NCBI GenBank assembly: GCA_035285545.1
Contig: JAYKGY010000105.1
Coordinates: forward strand, 19,533-83,532
Direction of reading: 5' to 3'
Source of the DNA: Snowella sp.
GTDB taxonomy: Bacteria > Cyanobacteriota > Cyanobacteriia > Cyanobacteriales > Microcystaceae
DNA: 64,000 nt
A model generated the notes under the pieces. That model was not told the origin of the DNA. It saw nothing but the letters and a program-made list of their open reading frames with translations, and ran no database searches. How positions within the stretch are numbered: the stretch's first letter is position 1; every line of letters begins with the position of its first letter. The position numbers and the translations under genes are program-made. This document shows positions 11,128 through 20,168 of this stretch, one piece after another.

Positions 11128-12252
11128 TTAGATGGCTTCTTTGAGAGCATAAACGATTTGCTCTTGTTCTTCAAGGGTAATCCCAGGAAACATCGGTAAA
11201 GATAGCACTTCAAGGGCAATAGACTCTGTTTGAGGTAAGGAGCCTTGAGGATACCCTAAATGCTGATAAACCGATTGTCGATGTAAGGGAATGGGGTAAT
11301 AGACCATTGAAATTACGCCCAATTCTTGCAATTTCTCGCGGACGCGATCGCGCTTTGTGGGATTCAAGGCATCATTCTGAATACGAATCGTGTATTGATT
11401 CCAAACGTGTTCTCCGCCTGTAATTTCCAGCGGTAAAATCAGACCAGGAATCGGGGCAAGGAGTTCGGTATAGCGAGAAGCAGCTTCCCGTCGTTGCTGA
11501 TTCCATTCGTCTAGGTGACGTAATTTAACTTGTAAAATTGCAGCTTGCAGAGAATCTAAACGGCTATTGATTCCAATGGCTTCGTGATAATAGCGTTGAC
11601 GGCTACCGTGTTCCTTGAGCATACGAATTTTAGCCGCCAGTTCGGGATCATCGGTGGTAACAGCCCCTCCATCGCCACACCCCCCTAAATTTTTCGTGGG
11701 AAAGAAACTAAAGGCGTTAATGTGTCCCCAACTTCCCACCTGTTTTCCCTGCCATTTGGCTCCTGTAGCTTGGGCGCAGTCTTCGATAACAAATAATTGA
11801 TGTTTTTCGGCGATCGCTGTTACCGCACTCATATCGACGGGTTGGCCAAACAGATGAACGGGAATAATCGCTTTCGTTTTCGGGGTAATGGCGGCTTCAA
11901 TTTTCTGGGGATCGAGATTAAAGGTGAGGGGATCAATCTCCACAAAAACGGGGGTTGCTCCGGCCAGAGAAACCACTTCTGCGGTGGCAAAAAAGGTAAA
12001 AGCCGGCGTAATCACTTCATCCCCTGCCCCAATCCCTAAGGCCAATAGGGCTAAATACAGTGCGTCGGTTCCAGAGTTACAGCCAATGCATTCCTTTGTC
12101 CCCACGTAGGCCCCAAAGGCTTTTTCAAAGTCACTGACAACGGGGCCACCAATATAATAACCAGACCGTAAAACGTCTAAAACCGCAGCGTCTGTTTCTT
12201 CAGCAATTTGTTGGTATTGACGGGCCAGATCGACAGGGGGGATCTTCTTCAC
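11128..12252 (-). CDS. DegT/DnrJ/EryC1/StrS aminotransferase
   Basis: NSGTDAL, IEDCAQA, SFFPTKNLG. Confidence 0.95.
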   Translation of the reverse strand: MKKIPPVDLARQYQQIAEETDAAVLDVLRSGYYIGGPVVSDFEKAFGAYVGTKECIGCNSGTDALYLALLALGIGAGDEVITPAFTFFATAEVVSLAGATPVFVEIDPLTFNLDPQKIEAAITPKTKAIIPVHLFGQPVDMSAVTAIAEKHQLFVIEDCAQATGAKWQGKQVGSWGHINAFSFFPTKNLGGCGDGGAVTTDDPELAAKIRMLKEHGSRQRYYHEAIGINSRLDSLQAAILQVKLRHLDEWNQQRREAASRYTELLAPIPGLILPLEITGGEHVWNQYTIRIQNDALNPTKRDRVREKLQELGVISMVYYPIPLHRQSVYQHLGYPQGSLPQTESIALEVLSLPMFPGITLEEQEQIVYALKEAI

Positions 12253-12328
12253 GCGCTTTAACTATAAGAAATTTATACTTAATCAAAGCAAACTTTGGAC
12301 AAAATGGGAAGGCAGTGAGGGGATTTCT

Positions 12329-13111
12329 ATGGGTCAACCGATCATTGAATTGGATGGGATCGATCTGGCTTGGACGCTGGGATTAATGGGTTTAGCGATG
12401 GTTCTGGCGTTTTGGCAACGGTTGGATCTGTCGGGGCAACTGTTTATCGCCACGATGCGATCGCTGTTGCAGTTGTTGGTGGTCGGTTACTTTTTAGCCG
12501 TTATTTTTGCTATTAACCATCCCCTGGCGGTTTTGGGAATTTTAGGGGTAATGCTCACCATTGCGGCGATCGCGGCCAAAAATCGGATTAGTCAGCGCAT
12601 TCAGGGCCTATTCCCGTTAGTGTTGGGATCACTGTTTATCAGTACGACGTTAACCCTGAGCTATGCCATTTTCATCATTATTCAGCCCCCCAGTTGGTAT
12701 TCTCCCCAATATGTGATTCCCTTAGCCGGTATGGTGCTGGGAAACGCCCTCAATAGTGCCTCCTTAGCCGGAGAACGGTTAGTGAGTTTGATTCAACAAA
12801 ATCAACGAGAAGTCGAGACCCATCTTTGTTTGGGAGCCTCCCCAAAACAGGCGATCGCGACCTATCAAAAAACCGCCATTCGAGCTAGCTTGATTCCGAC
12901 TATTAATCAAATGATGGTAGTAGGTATCGTGAGTTTACCCGGAATGTTTACGGGGCAAGTGTTAGCAGGAATTGATCCCCTCAATGCGGTTTCCTACCAA
13001 ATTCTCATTTTATTTATGATTGCCTTTACCAATTTAGTGACAGCCATTTTGGTCACCGGAGGGGTTTATCGCAAATTTTTTAATGAACATCTACAATTAG
13101 TCACGAATTAG
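12329..13111 (+). CDS. fetB: FetB/YbbM (UPF0014) iron-export ABC permease
   Basis: RSLLQLLVVGY, PQYVIPLAGM, VGIVSLPGMFTGQVLAG. Confidence 0.9.
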   Translation: MGQPIIELDGIDLAWTLGLMGLAMVLAFWQRLDLSGQLFIATMRSLLQLLVVGYFLAVIFAINHPLAVLGILGVMLTIAAIAAKNRISQRIQGLFPLVLGSLFISTTLTLSYAIFIIIQPPSWYSPQYVIPLAGMVLGNALNSASLAGERLVSLIQQNQREVETHLCLGASPKQAIATYQKTAIRASLIPTINQMMVVGIVSLPGMFTGQVLAGIDPLNAVSYQILILFMIAFTNLVTAILVTGGVYRKFFNEHLQLVTN

Positions 13112-13849
13112 CCCAAAGTGCGCGATCGCGTCCAAAATTCCGTCGGCATAGGAGGAAGGAGCGTAATAAATATGGGGATTAGCTTGCTGTTGATACCAAC
13201 TGAGCAATTCCGGTTGGGCATTATGGACAATCACCCCTAAGGTCGAATGCTGGTATAAACTTAAATCATTCCCCGAATCACCGCACATTAGGGTTCTTTC
13301 TAAGGGAATTTGAAATTTTTCTCGAATATACAGGGCTGCTGTCCCCTTATCAACCCCAGGGGGCAAAATATCCACATCTCGACCACTACTAAACACCACA
13401 TTTGCCGCTAAGTGATTACGCATCAAATCCTGTTTTAAATCGTCTAAAATTGCTGAATTTACGGACTTTGAGAGGCAAAAACTAATTTTCCAAGGATTTA
13501 ATTCACTTTCGGGTTGGGGCAACAATTGGGGATAGGCTTGGGTAATCGGTAAAATCGCGCTTCGGTTCCAATTTTGAGAAATTTTAGCGGCCCAATCGTA
13601 GTCTAAGATCCCCTGGTGATAGATTTCGCTACCTACCCCCGTAATGAAACAATCGGGAGCCAGTAAGGGTTCCCCCGTGGTTAACCAAAACTCTCGCATT
13701 AAGTTAACTGCGGAGGCAAAAGACCGACCCGTCGCATACACTAGATAAAAGCGATCACGTTCAGCTTGTAGTTTTTTTTGGAGCCGAATGGTAGCAGCAT
13801 CATTACCCACCCAAGTATTATCTAAATCCGAAATAATTAAAAATTTCAT
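13097..13849 (-). CDS. spp: sucrose-phosphate phosphatase (HAD IIB)
   Basis: SDLDNTWVG, YATGRS, DILP..DKG, CGDSGND. Confidence 0.88.
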   Translation of the reverse strand: MKFLIISDLDNTWVGNDAATIRLQKKLQAERDRFYLVYATGRSFASAVNLMREFWLTTGEPLLAPDCFITGVGSEIYHQGILDYDWAAKISQNWNRSAILPITQAYPQLLPQPESELNPWKISFCLSKSVNSAILDDLKQDLMRNHLAANVVFSSGRDVDILPPGVDKGTAALYIREKFQIPLERTLMCGDSGNDLSLYQHSTLGVIVHNAQPELLSWYQQQANPHIYYAPSSYADGILDAIAHFGLIRD

Positions 13850-13961
13850 TTTTTATCTTTATTTAAAATAATTTGACAGCCATTATAAAATAATTTGATT
13901 AAAATTTTAATAAATTAATTCACAGAAAATAGAATTTACCGCTAAGGACATAATAGTATTA

Positions 13962-14052
13962 AGTAGTCATGCAAAATAAATTACCTACTAGATAAGCCTA
14001 GAAGCCTTGCTATACAAGGATCGCTATGTGTAAATAATTTTGCCGAGGTACT
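13962..14052. mobile_element. 91-bp MITE with imperfect TIRs and TA target duplication
   Basis: Left AGTAGTCATGCAAAATAAATTAC; right end reverse complement AGTACCTCGGCAAAATTATTTAC; TA at 13960-61 and 14053-54; empty-site paralog at 7156..7186. Confidence 0.85.
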
Positions 14053-14141
14053 TATGTTCCTACATAATTTTTATTTAATGTCTATTAAATTGCTCTAATT
14101 ACTAATTAATTTTTGACCTTAAAATTAGCAATTAATTAACA

Positions 14142-15605
14142 ATGTTAAAACAAGAAAGCAAAGTTATTCAAACCGCAAAATCCTTATTATATGATCGGGC
14201 ACTGGTCAAACTTGATAATTCCTTTGTGGGAGCTATTGCCGCGATCGCGCTTCAACCAGAACCTGATCTGAATTATACAGAAGTCTTTATTCGGGATAAT
14301 GTCCCGGTCATGATTTATCTCTTACTCGAAGGGAAATCCGAGATTGTGCGGCATTTTTTGGAGATGTGCCTAGAACTCCAGAGCCACGACTTTCCCACAA
14401 CCGGCGTTTTTCCCACCAGTTTTACCGAAATTAACGGGGAAATTAAGGTCGATTACGGTCAACGGGCCATTGGTCGGGTCTGTTCGGTTGATGCGTCGCT
14501 GTGGTGGACGATTTTGGCCTATGTCTATGTTCAATGGACAAAAGATGAAGCCTGGGCATTGTCTTTTAAAGTCCAGTCAGGATTAGAGAAATTGATTGAT
14601 CTGATTCTCCAGCCGAGTTTCCGCGATGCGCCGACGCTCTATGTGCCCGATGGAGCCTTTATGATTGATCGTCCTTTGGATGTGTGGGGAACGCCCTTAG
14701 AAATTCAGGTCTTACTTTACGGTGCCCTCAAAAGCGCGATCGCCTTAATGGCCTTACCTGGGAAAAATCAAGATGAAGCGTCAACCCAAGAAACATTAGG
14801 CTTACAAAAAATCAAAAAAATTAAGGTGGGAATTAACTGGCTCAAGCAATTGAGAAGCTATTTATTAAAACACTATTGGTTAAACGGCAATATTGTACAA
14901 ACCCTTAGAAAACGACCCACAGAACAATACGGAGAAGCGGTGATTAATGAATACAATATTCAGACGGAAACCATTCCCAATTGGCTCCAATCTTGGCTAA
15001 AAAATCAAGGCGGTTATTTAATTGGTAATATTCGGACAGGTCGGCCAGACTTTCGTTTTTTTAGTTTGGGAAATTGTTTAGGGGCGATTTTTGATGTTAC
15101 GAGCTATTCCCAACAACTGGCATTTTTCCGTTTTTTAATTACTAATCAGAACGAACTTTGTGCAGAAATGCCCCTCAGAATTTGTCATCCGCCCTTAGAA
15201 GAAAACCGTTGGAAATATTTCACTGGTTATGACCGCAAAAATCTCCCCTGGTCTTACCACAATGGGGGACATTGGCCCTGTTTATTTTGGTTTTTAGTGG
15301 TTGCCGTTTTACGTCAAAAAGAAATTTCTCCTGATGCCAAAAATCCGAGTGAAATTTTAGAAATTGAGGCTTTATTAAATAAAAATTATGAGCTATTGCT
15401 CTATCGTTTACCGAAGCAGAAATGGGCTGAATATTTTGATGGCCCAACGGGGTTATGGGTGGGGCAACAGGCGAGAACCTATCAAACCTGGACGATTGTA
15501 GGGTTGCTCTTAGTCCACCATTTTCTCAATTTTCCCGAAGATAGTCATATTCTGAGCTTACCGAGCTTGAAGTTTTTCCATGATTTAGAGTTACGGTTAG
15601 GTTAA
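14142..15605 (+). CDS. inv: alkaline/neutral invertase (GH100)
   Basis: LNYTEVFIRD, DYGQRAIGRV, DGAFMIDR, PLEIQ, PWSYHNGGHWP, WAEYFDG. Confidence 0.95.
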   Translation: MLKQESKVIQTAKSLLYDRALVKLDNSFVGAIAAIALQPEPDLNYTEVFIRDNVPVMIYLLLEGKSEIVRHFLEMCLELQSHDFPTTGVFPTSFTEINGEIKVDYGQRAIGRVCSVDASLWWTILAYVYVQWTKDEAWALSFKVQSGLEKLIDLILQPSFRDAPTLYVPDGAFMIDRPLDVWGTPLEIQVLLYGALKSAIALMALPGKNQDEASTQETLGLQKIKKIKVGINWLKQLRSYLLKHYWLNGNIVQTLRKRPTEQYGEAVINEYNIQTETIPNWLQSWLKNQGGYLIGNIRTGRPDFRFFSLGNCLGAIFDVTSYSQQLAFFRFLITNQNELCAEMPLRICHPPLEENRWKYFTGYDRKNLPWSYHNGGHWPCLFWFLVVAVLRQKEISPDAKNPSEILEIEALLNKNYELLLYRLPKQKWAEYFDGPTGLWVGQQARTYQTWTIVGLLLVHHFLNFPEDSHILSLPSLKFFHDLELRLG

Positions 15606-15730
15606 TTTGATGAGGCTGTGGATGGACGTTCTCGAAAATATACCGAAGTGCAATAAAGCTTGCTTAATAAATCCTCCGCGATATTTCTGAATCTTCCCAA
15701 AAGGCGTAAATTTTCGTTGCTTTTTCCTTA

Positions 15731-15770
15731 AAAGTGATCCAAATCACAGCATAAAGTGATCCAAATCATG
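15731..15770. promoter_or_regulatory. tandem CRP (SyCRP1)-like sites upstream of pilin cluster
   Basis: AGTGA-TCCAAA-TCACA (15733..15748) and AGTGA-TCCAAA-TCATG (15755..15770). Confidence 0.7.
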
Positions 15771-15832
15771 GAAAATAAGGAACGAGGAAAAATGGTTTCC
15801 TAATCTTGGGTTATGGATACATCAGTAAGCTT

Positions 15833-17401
15833 ATGAATCCTATTATTTATTTACTCTTTAAATCTCGTCGGCCTTTATCCAACCGTGATACTTCCCTCTC
15901 TAACAGCGATCGCGGTTTTATGTTGCCCCTGGCGTTGATGATTGGTTTAGTGCTAATTGTGGCGAGTTTGGGAATGATCGCGTCTTCTCAAAGTGGTCAA
16001 CGGGACACGAGTTCTCAGAAAACTACCGCAGAGGGGTTGAGTGCGGCAGAAGCGGGGGTGACCCGAATCCTTGATTTAGTGAATCAAAATAAATATGTTG
16101 CAGAAATTCCTGATTGCGTCGGGACGCGGGATGCTTCGGGGCGATGCCTGGATGATGGGGGAACGGCTCCTAGCTATACACCGACGAATACGAGTACAAA
16201 AAGTTGGGCGAATTACACCTCTACCCATTCCGATGTTCAAGATATTAGTGTTTGCACCAAACCCCCCAGCCCAGGCGCACCCCTAACTCCTCAACAAGAA
16301 TTTGCACAAAAAATTAAGGCAGAGGCGATCGTTGTCAATAATCAAACCTGGAAAAACCTCGATCCGTCTAATCCCAATAAGGGGCAATATCGATTAGTGA
16401 GCTATACCTTCGACAGTGCGGCTAATCAGGGGACTTTGACCGTAGAAGGACGAGTTTATGCAACGAATGTTAATAGTGCTGGCTCCCGAATTACCGTCAG
16501 TTTTCCTGTCCAGCCCAATCAGGTTGCCCCGACGGTTCCAGGGGTTTGGTTGCTTTCGGGTAAAACCAGTGGCTCTACTTATGATGCAACAGGGAGTAAT
16601 CAGATTCAGGGCAATGTTTTAGTGAATGATTGCAATATTCCCATTAGCAGCGTGCCGATCGCCCAACCATCTCCGCCCCCTTCTCCTCCCTATAGTGTGG
16701 CTTACACCAAGCAAACCATGCCGGAGCTTCCTCCCGCAATTTGTACGTCTCCCTCTCCAGGTTGGTCTTTTCCGTCGCCCTCGCCTTCTCCTGCTGTTTC
16801 TTATACGACTCCCGTTAATACCTTAAATGATCCTTCGGGAAATATTGTCTTACCGCGTGCAGGGGATACCTCAGTGGCAAGAACCCTTAAAAACGGCACA
16901 ACAGTGAATATTTATGAATATTGTGTCAATCAGATTACTTCCAGTGGAAATAATGACATTACCATCACGCCTGGGCAACGAGTAACCCTTTATCTTCGTG
17001 GTGAGATTGGCGGCAATAATGAGATTATCCATTCTTGTTTAGATGCTTCTAATAACCCCATTTCGGGTTGCAATCCTGCTGATTTTCAAATTTTTGCCTA
17101 TGGGCAACCTGTCGGTGGTACTCGCCCCAAAATTTGTTTAACCGGAAATCGTAAGTTAGAGGCGTTTATCTTGGCTCCTGAATATACCATCGGGGTTGCT
17201 GGTTCGGGTGGTGGTGCTGGTGGGGTAAAAGGGACGGTTTGGGCTTACGATTGGTCAAATAGTGGTGGTTGTGGTTCTAATACGTCTAATATCGTGGTAG
17301 AGCAAACGGCATCTTGGGGCGATATGTACGGTATTGGTTTACCGGAAAATCAGCCACCGACTATCCAAAATCTGGCTAGCTGGAAACGGCAACAACGGTA
17401 G
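15833..17401 (+). CDS. large PilX-like minor pilin
   Basis: RG|FMLPLALMIG prepilin site lacking Glu5; LSAAEAGV; GQYRLVSY..GTLTVEG. Confidence 0.8.
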   Translation: MNPIIYLLFKSRRPLSNRDTSLSNSDRGFMLPLALMIGLVLIVASLGMIASSQSGQRDTSSQKTTAEGLSAAEAGVTRILDLVNQNKYVAEIPDCVGTRDASGRCLDDGGTAPSYTPTNTSTKSWANYTSTHSDVQDISVCTKPPSPGAPLTPQQEFAQKIKAEAIVVNNQTWKNLDPSNPNKGQYRLVSYTFDSAANQGTLTVEGRVYATNVNSAGSRITVSFPVQPNQVAPTVPGVWLLSGKTSGSTYDATGSNQIQGNVLVNDCNIPISSVPIAQPSPPPSPPYSVAYTKQTMPELPPAICTSPSPGWSFPSPSPSPAVSYTTPVNTLNDPSGNIVLPRAGDTSVARTLKNGTTVNIYEYCVNQITSSGNNDITITPGQRVTLYLRGEIGGNNEIIHSCLDASNNPISGCNPADFQIFAYGQPVGGTRPKICLTGNRKLEAFILAPEYTIGVAGSGGGAGGVKGTVWAYDWSNSGGCGSNTSNIVVEQTASWGDMYGIGLPENQPPTIQNLASWKRQQR

Positions 17402-17408
17402 TTTTACA

Positions 17409-17990
17409 ATGATCTCCAATAGGTTGATGATTTCTATGGATAAAAAACTGTTACTACTTCTTCTGCGATCGCGGCGATCGACCAATCAGGGACTTTCTCT
17501 CCTGGAAGTATTAGTAGCCACTATGGTTGTCTTTTTCACCCTCATGGGAGCATTGCAAGGGATGTTATACGCTGCGATCTTTCAGGTAAAAGCAGAAAGG
17601 CAAGCCCAAGCCAGCTTTTGGATTCAACAGGATTTAGAACAAGTTAAAGCAAGTGCTGCAACTTACACAGATACCAGTGGATGTTCTGGTTCGACAATCG
17701 CGACAAACTTTAACAGTTCCGCTAATATGCCAGCCGTTATTGGTAGTAACACTACTCCTATTCAAAACCCCAAAAAACTTTTAGGAAAGGATTATCGCCT
17801 TGCTCGTATACCGACCCCTAGCGACAATATTTTACGACTAGAATATCGTGTTGGAGAAAATTATGTGCCAGGTTCAGGACAAACCGATGCAGACAGTGAC
17901 CTTATTGCAGATGATACACCTCAGAAAACCTCTATTGTGGCAACGCTCTATACAGAAGTTATTCCCGCCGCCGCGCTCAGTTGCCCGTAA
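17409..17990 (+). CDS. prepilin-type N-terminal methylation protein (PilV-like)
   Basis: QG|LSLLEVLVA; WIQQDLEQVK; start uncertain. Confidence 0.85.
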   Translation: MISNRLMISMDKKLLLLLLRSRRSTNQGLSLLEVLVATMVVFFTLMGALQGMLYAAIFQVKAERQAQASFWIQQDLEQVKASAATYTDTSGCSGSTIATNFNSSANMPAVIGSNTTPIQNPKKLLGKDYRLARIPTPSDNILRLEYRVGENYVPGSGQTDADSDLIADDTPQKTSIVATLYTEVIPAAALSCP

Positions 17991-18519
17991 CCAAGGCTGG
18001 ACATTAATTGAAATGGCAGTTGTTGCCGTGATTGCTGGTATTTTAGCGGTGGTAGCCACTCCTAGTATGTTAGGAAGTATGAGAAAAAGTGAGCTTCAAG
18101 CTACTGCGAATCAGGTTAAGGGCGCATTACGGGAAGCTCAACGTGCAGCCATTAGAAATGGATCAGGTTGTACAGCAACAATTAGTTCAACTTCCCCTCA
18201 AATTTTAGGTACTACTGCGGGATGTATTACGAGTCCTGTCGCTCTTAGTTCTGGGATAACTCTATCCGCCACATCAACAACATCAGGAGGTAGTGTCACC
18301 AATTTGACCTTACCGCAAAGCCTGAGCTTTTCCTATAAAGGTAATCCTAGTAATGCTGATGAGTTAACGTTAATTTTAGCTCCACCAGAGGCAACCGGCT
18401 TAACACCAGCACAAATAACCGCACGAGGAATAGAAAGACGCTGTATCGTTATTTCAGTAGGTATAGGAATTATGCGATCAGGAACCTATAACGACACTAC
18501 CTGTACTTCAACACTTTAA
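17911..18519 (+). CDS. minor pilin (FimT/GspH-like)
   Basis: QG|WTLIEMAVV; LREAQRAAIR; FSYKGN; start must lie inside upstream gene. Confidence 0.85.
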   Translation: MIHLRKPLLWQRSIQKLFPPPRSVARNQGWTLIEMAVVAVIAGILAVVATPSMLGSMRKSELQATANQVKGALREAQRAAIRNGSGCTATISSTSPQILGTTAGCITSPVALSSGITLSATSTTSGGSVTNLTLPQSLSFSYKGNPSNADELTLILAPPEATGLTPAQITARGIERRCIVISVGIGIMRSGTYNDTTCTSTL

Positions 18520-18677
18520 AAGATTAACTTTAATCATCAAATGATGACATTTTACAACGGAGGAATCATACTTTCAGCGAAAAAAAGCAATATTTTTTCA
18601 TCGTAGTCTGAAAAATACTGTCAACTTTCATTACAATGCTTGCAAGTCGAGTTTTGTATTATTGGAGATAGTAAAAG

Positions 18678-19250
18678 GTGATCAGGACACTTTTCTCTTT
18701 AGTCTTTTCCAAAAAAAGAGCTAATACTCTTTCACTGACTCAAACCACTAGACAAGCAGGATGGACGATGCTCGAAGTTATGATTGTTTCTATTGTAATT
18801 GGGACTTTAGCCTCCCTTGCTATTCCTAACATGGTCAGTATGATGGCTAAAAACCAAGCCCAAAACACACTATTGCAGATTAAGGGAACTTTACGAGAAG
18901 CCCAAAGAAATGCTATTAGAATGGGAAAAGAATGTAGGATTTCTATGAGTCCCGATGTTAACCCTACGTCTCTTACAGTCGATTCTAATCCCCAATATCA
19001 AGGATGTTTAAGCAGCGAAGGAGTCGATTTAGAAGGGCTAAGTATGAAAGAAAACTTTCCTGGTACAGGTATTCGATTTTCATATAAAGGTAATACCAAT
19101 AATATTGGAACAATTGTTGTTGAATCTTCTAATGCTGCTACCAAATATTGTTTAGTTGTTTCTAATTTTTTAGGCATTATGAGGCATGGGATTTATCAAG
19201 AAGAAACTAGCGGCAGTATATCTGCAAGTCATTGTCAATCAACATTATAG
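18678..19250 (+). CDS. minor pilin (FimT/GspH-like), paralog of preceding gene
   Basis: AG|WTMLEVMIV; LREAQRNAIR; FSYKGN. Confidence 0.85.
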   Translation: MIRTLFSLVFSKKRANTLSLTQTTRQAGWTMLEVMIVSIVIGTLASLAIPNMVSMMAKNQAQNTLLQIKGTLREAQRNAIRMGKECRISMSPDVNPTSLTVDSNPQYQGCLSSEGVDLEGLSMKENFPGTGIRFSYKGNTNNIGTIVVESSNAATKYCLVVSNFLGIMRHGIYQEETSGSISASHCQSTL

Positions 19251-19261
19251 GAATTATTGTT

Positions 19262-20041
19262 ATGAATAACTATATTAAATTTTTGATTAAACAGAAAAAT
19301 GCTGGCTTTACTTTAGTAGAGTTGATCGTTGCCTCAGTAATGACTTTTTTTGTTGTTGGCGGGGCTGGATATGGACTATTTATCATGACACGGGAAAATG
19401 TTGCTAGTAATGCGGCGAGTGACACTCAATATAATCTCAATCGTGCTGCTGAATTTATTAGTGATGAGATCAGAACAGCCAGTGCCATATCAGTCAGTCA
19501 AACTCCGGTAACAGTTAGTAGTCCTAATGGTAATTGTGGTACTTTCACGCCTATTTTGACTTTGACAATTCCTTTTACGGCAACTTCTGGAAGTTCGGCT
19601 GGTACTTCAGCACCTTACACCGTTTATTATTATAGCCAGGCACCAGGTTCACCTTGGTTAGGAACAAATGCAATTTATCGCTGCGGGCCAAGCTTACAAG
19701 TCACTGGAGCTAATGCTGGAAATGTCAGTACTGATGCAACTACGGGTCTTCCAGTCAGTAGTACATCGAATATTTTAGTTGATCTAATTGCAACAAATAG
19801 TAGTTCAAGTTGTCAAAGTGGCTGGACTGCTAGTGCAGGAACAGGGTTTTTCGCTTGCATAGACAATGCAAATAACAAATTAATTGAACTTCATTTAGCG
19901 AGTTCTGCCCTAGATACACAGTCAAATACTGGACTACGATCAAGTGTTACTGATTCAAGCGGTAATATTATTCAAGATGCGCGCTTTACCGAAAAAGCTA
20001 ATTATTCAATCATAACTAGGGTTGCAGCAAGAGCTAATTAA
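19262..20041 (+). CDS. minor pilin (PilW-like)
   Basis: AG|FTLVELIVA; LNRAAEFISDEIR; PWLG..IYRCGP. Confidence 0.85.
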   Translation: MNNYIKFLIKQKNAGFTLVELIVASVMTFFVVGGAGYGLFIMTRENVASNAASDTQYNLNRAAEFISDEIRTASAISVSQTPVTVSSPNGNCGTFTPILTLTIPFTATSGSSAGTSAPYTVYYYSQAPGSPWLGTNAIYRCGPSLQVTGANAGNVSTDATTGLPVSSTSNILVDLIATNSSSSCQSGWTASAGTGFFACIDNANNKLIELHLASSALDTQSNTGLRSSVTDSSGNIIQDARFTEKANYSIITRVAARAN

Positions 20042-20168
20042 TAGTTAAGTTCTGGACAAAATTAATTAACAGCATTAAGCAACGACATCGGATACCCCAC
20101 ATTTTAAGTTAGGATGGAAAATCGCCTGTGATATAAACAAACGATTTTTTAGATAAAGAGGAAATCCC

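Noticed and set aside
20088..20128. Imperfect palindrome resembling an IS200/IS605 end before gltX
   Set aside because: Degenerate, no partner end or transposase
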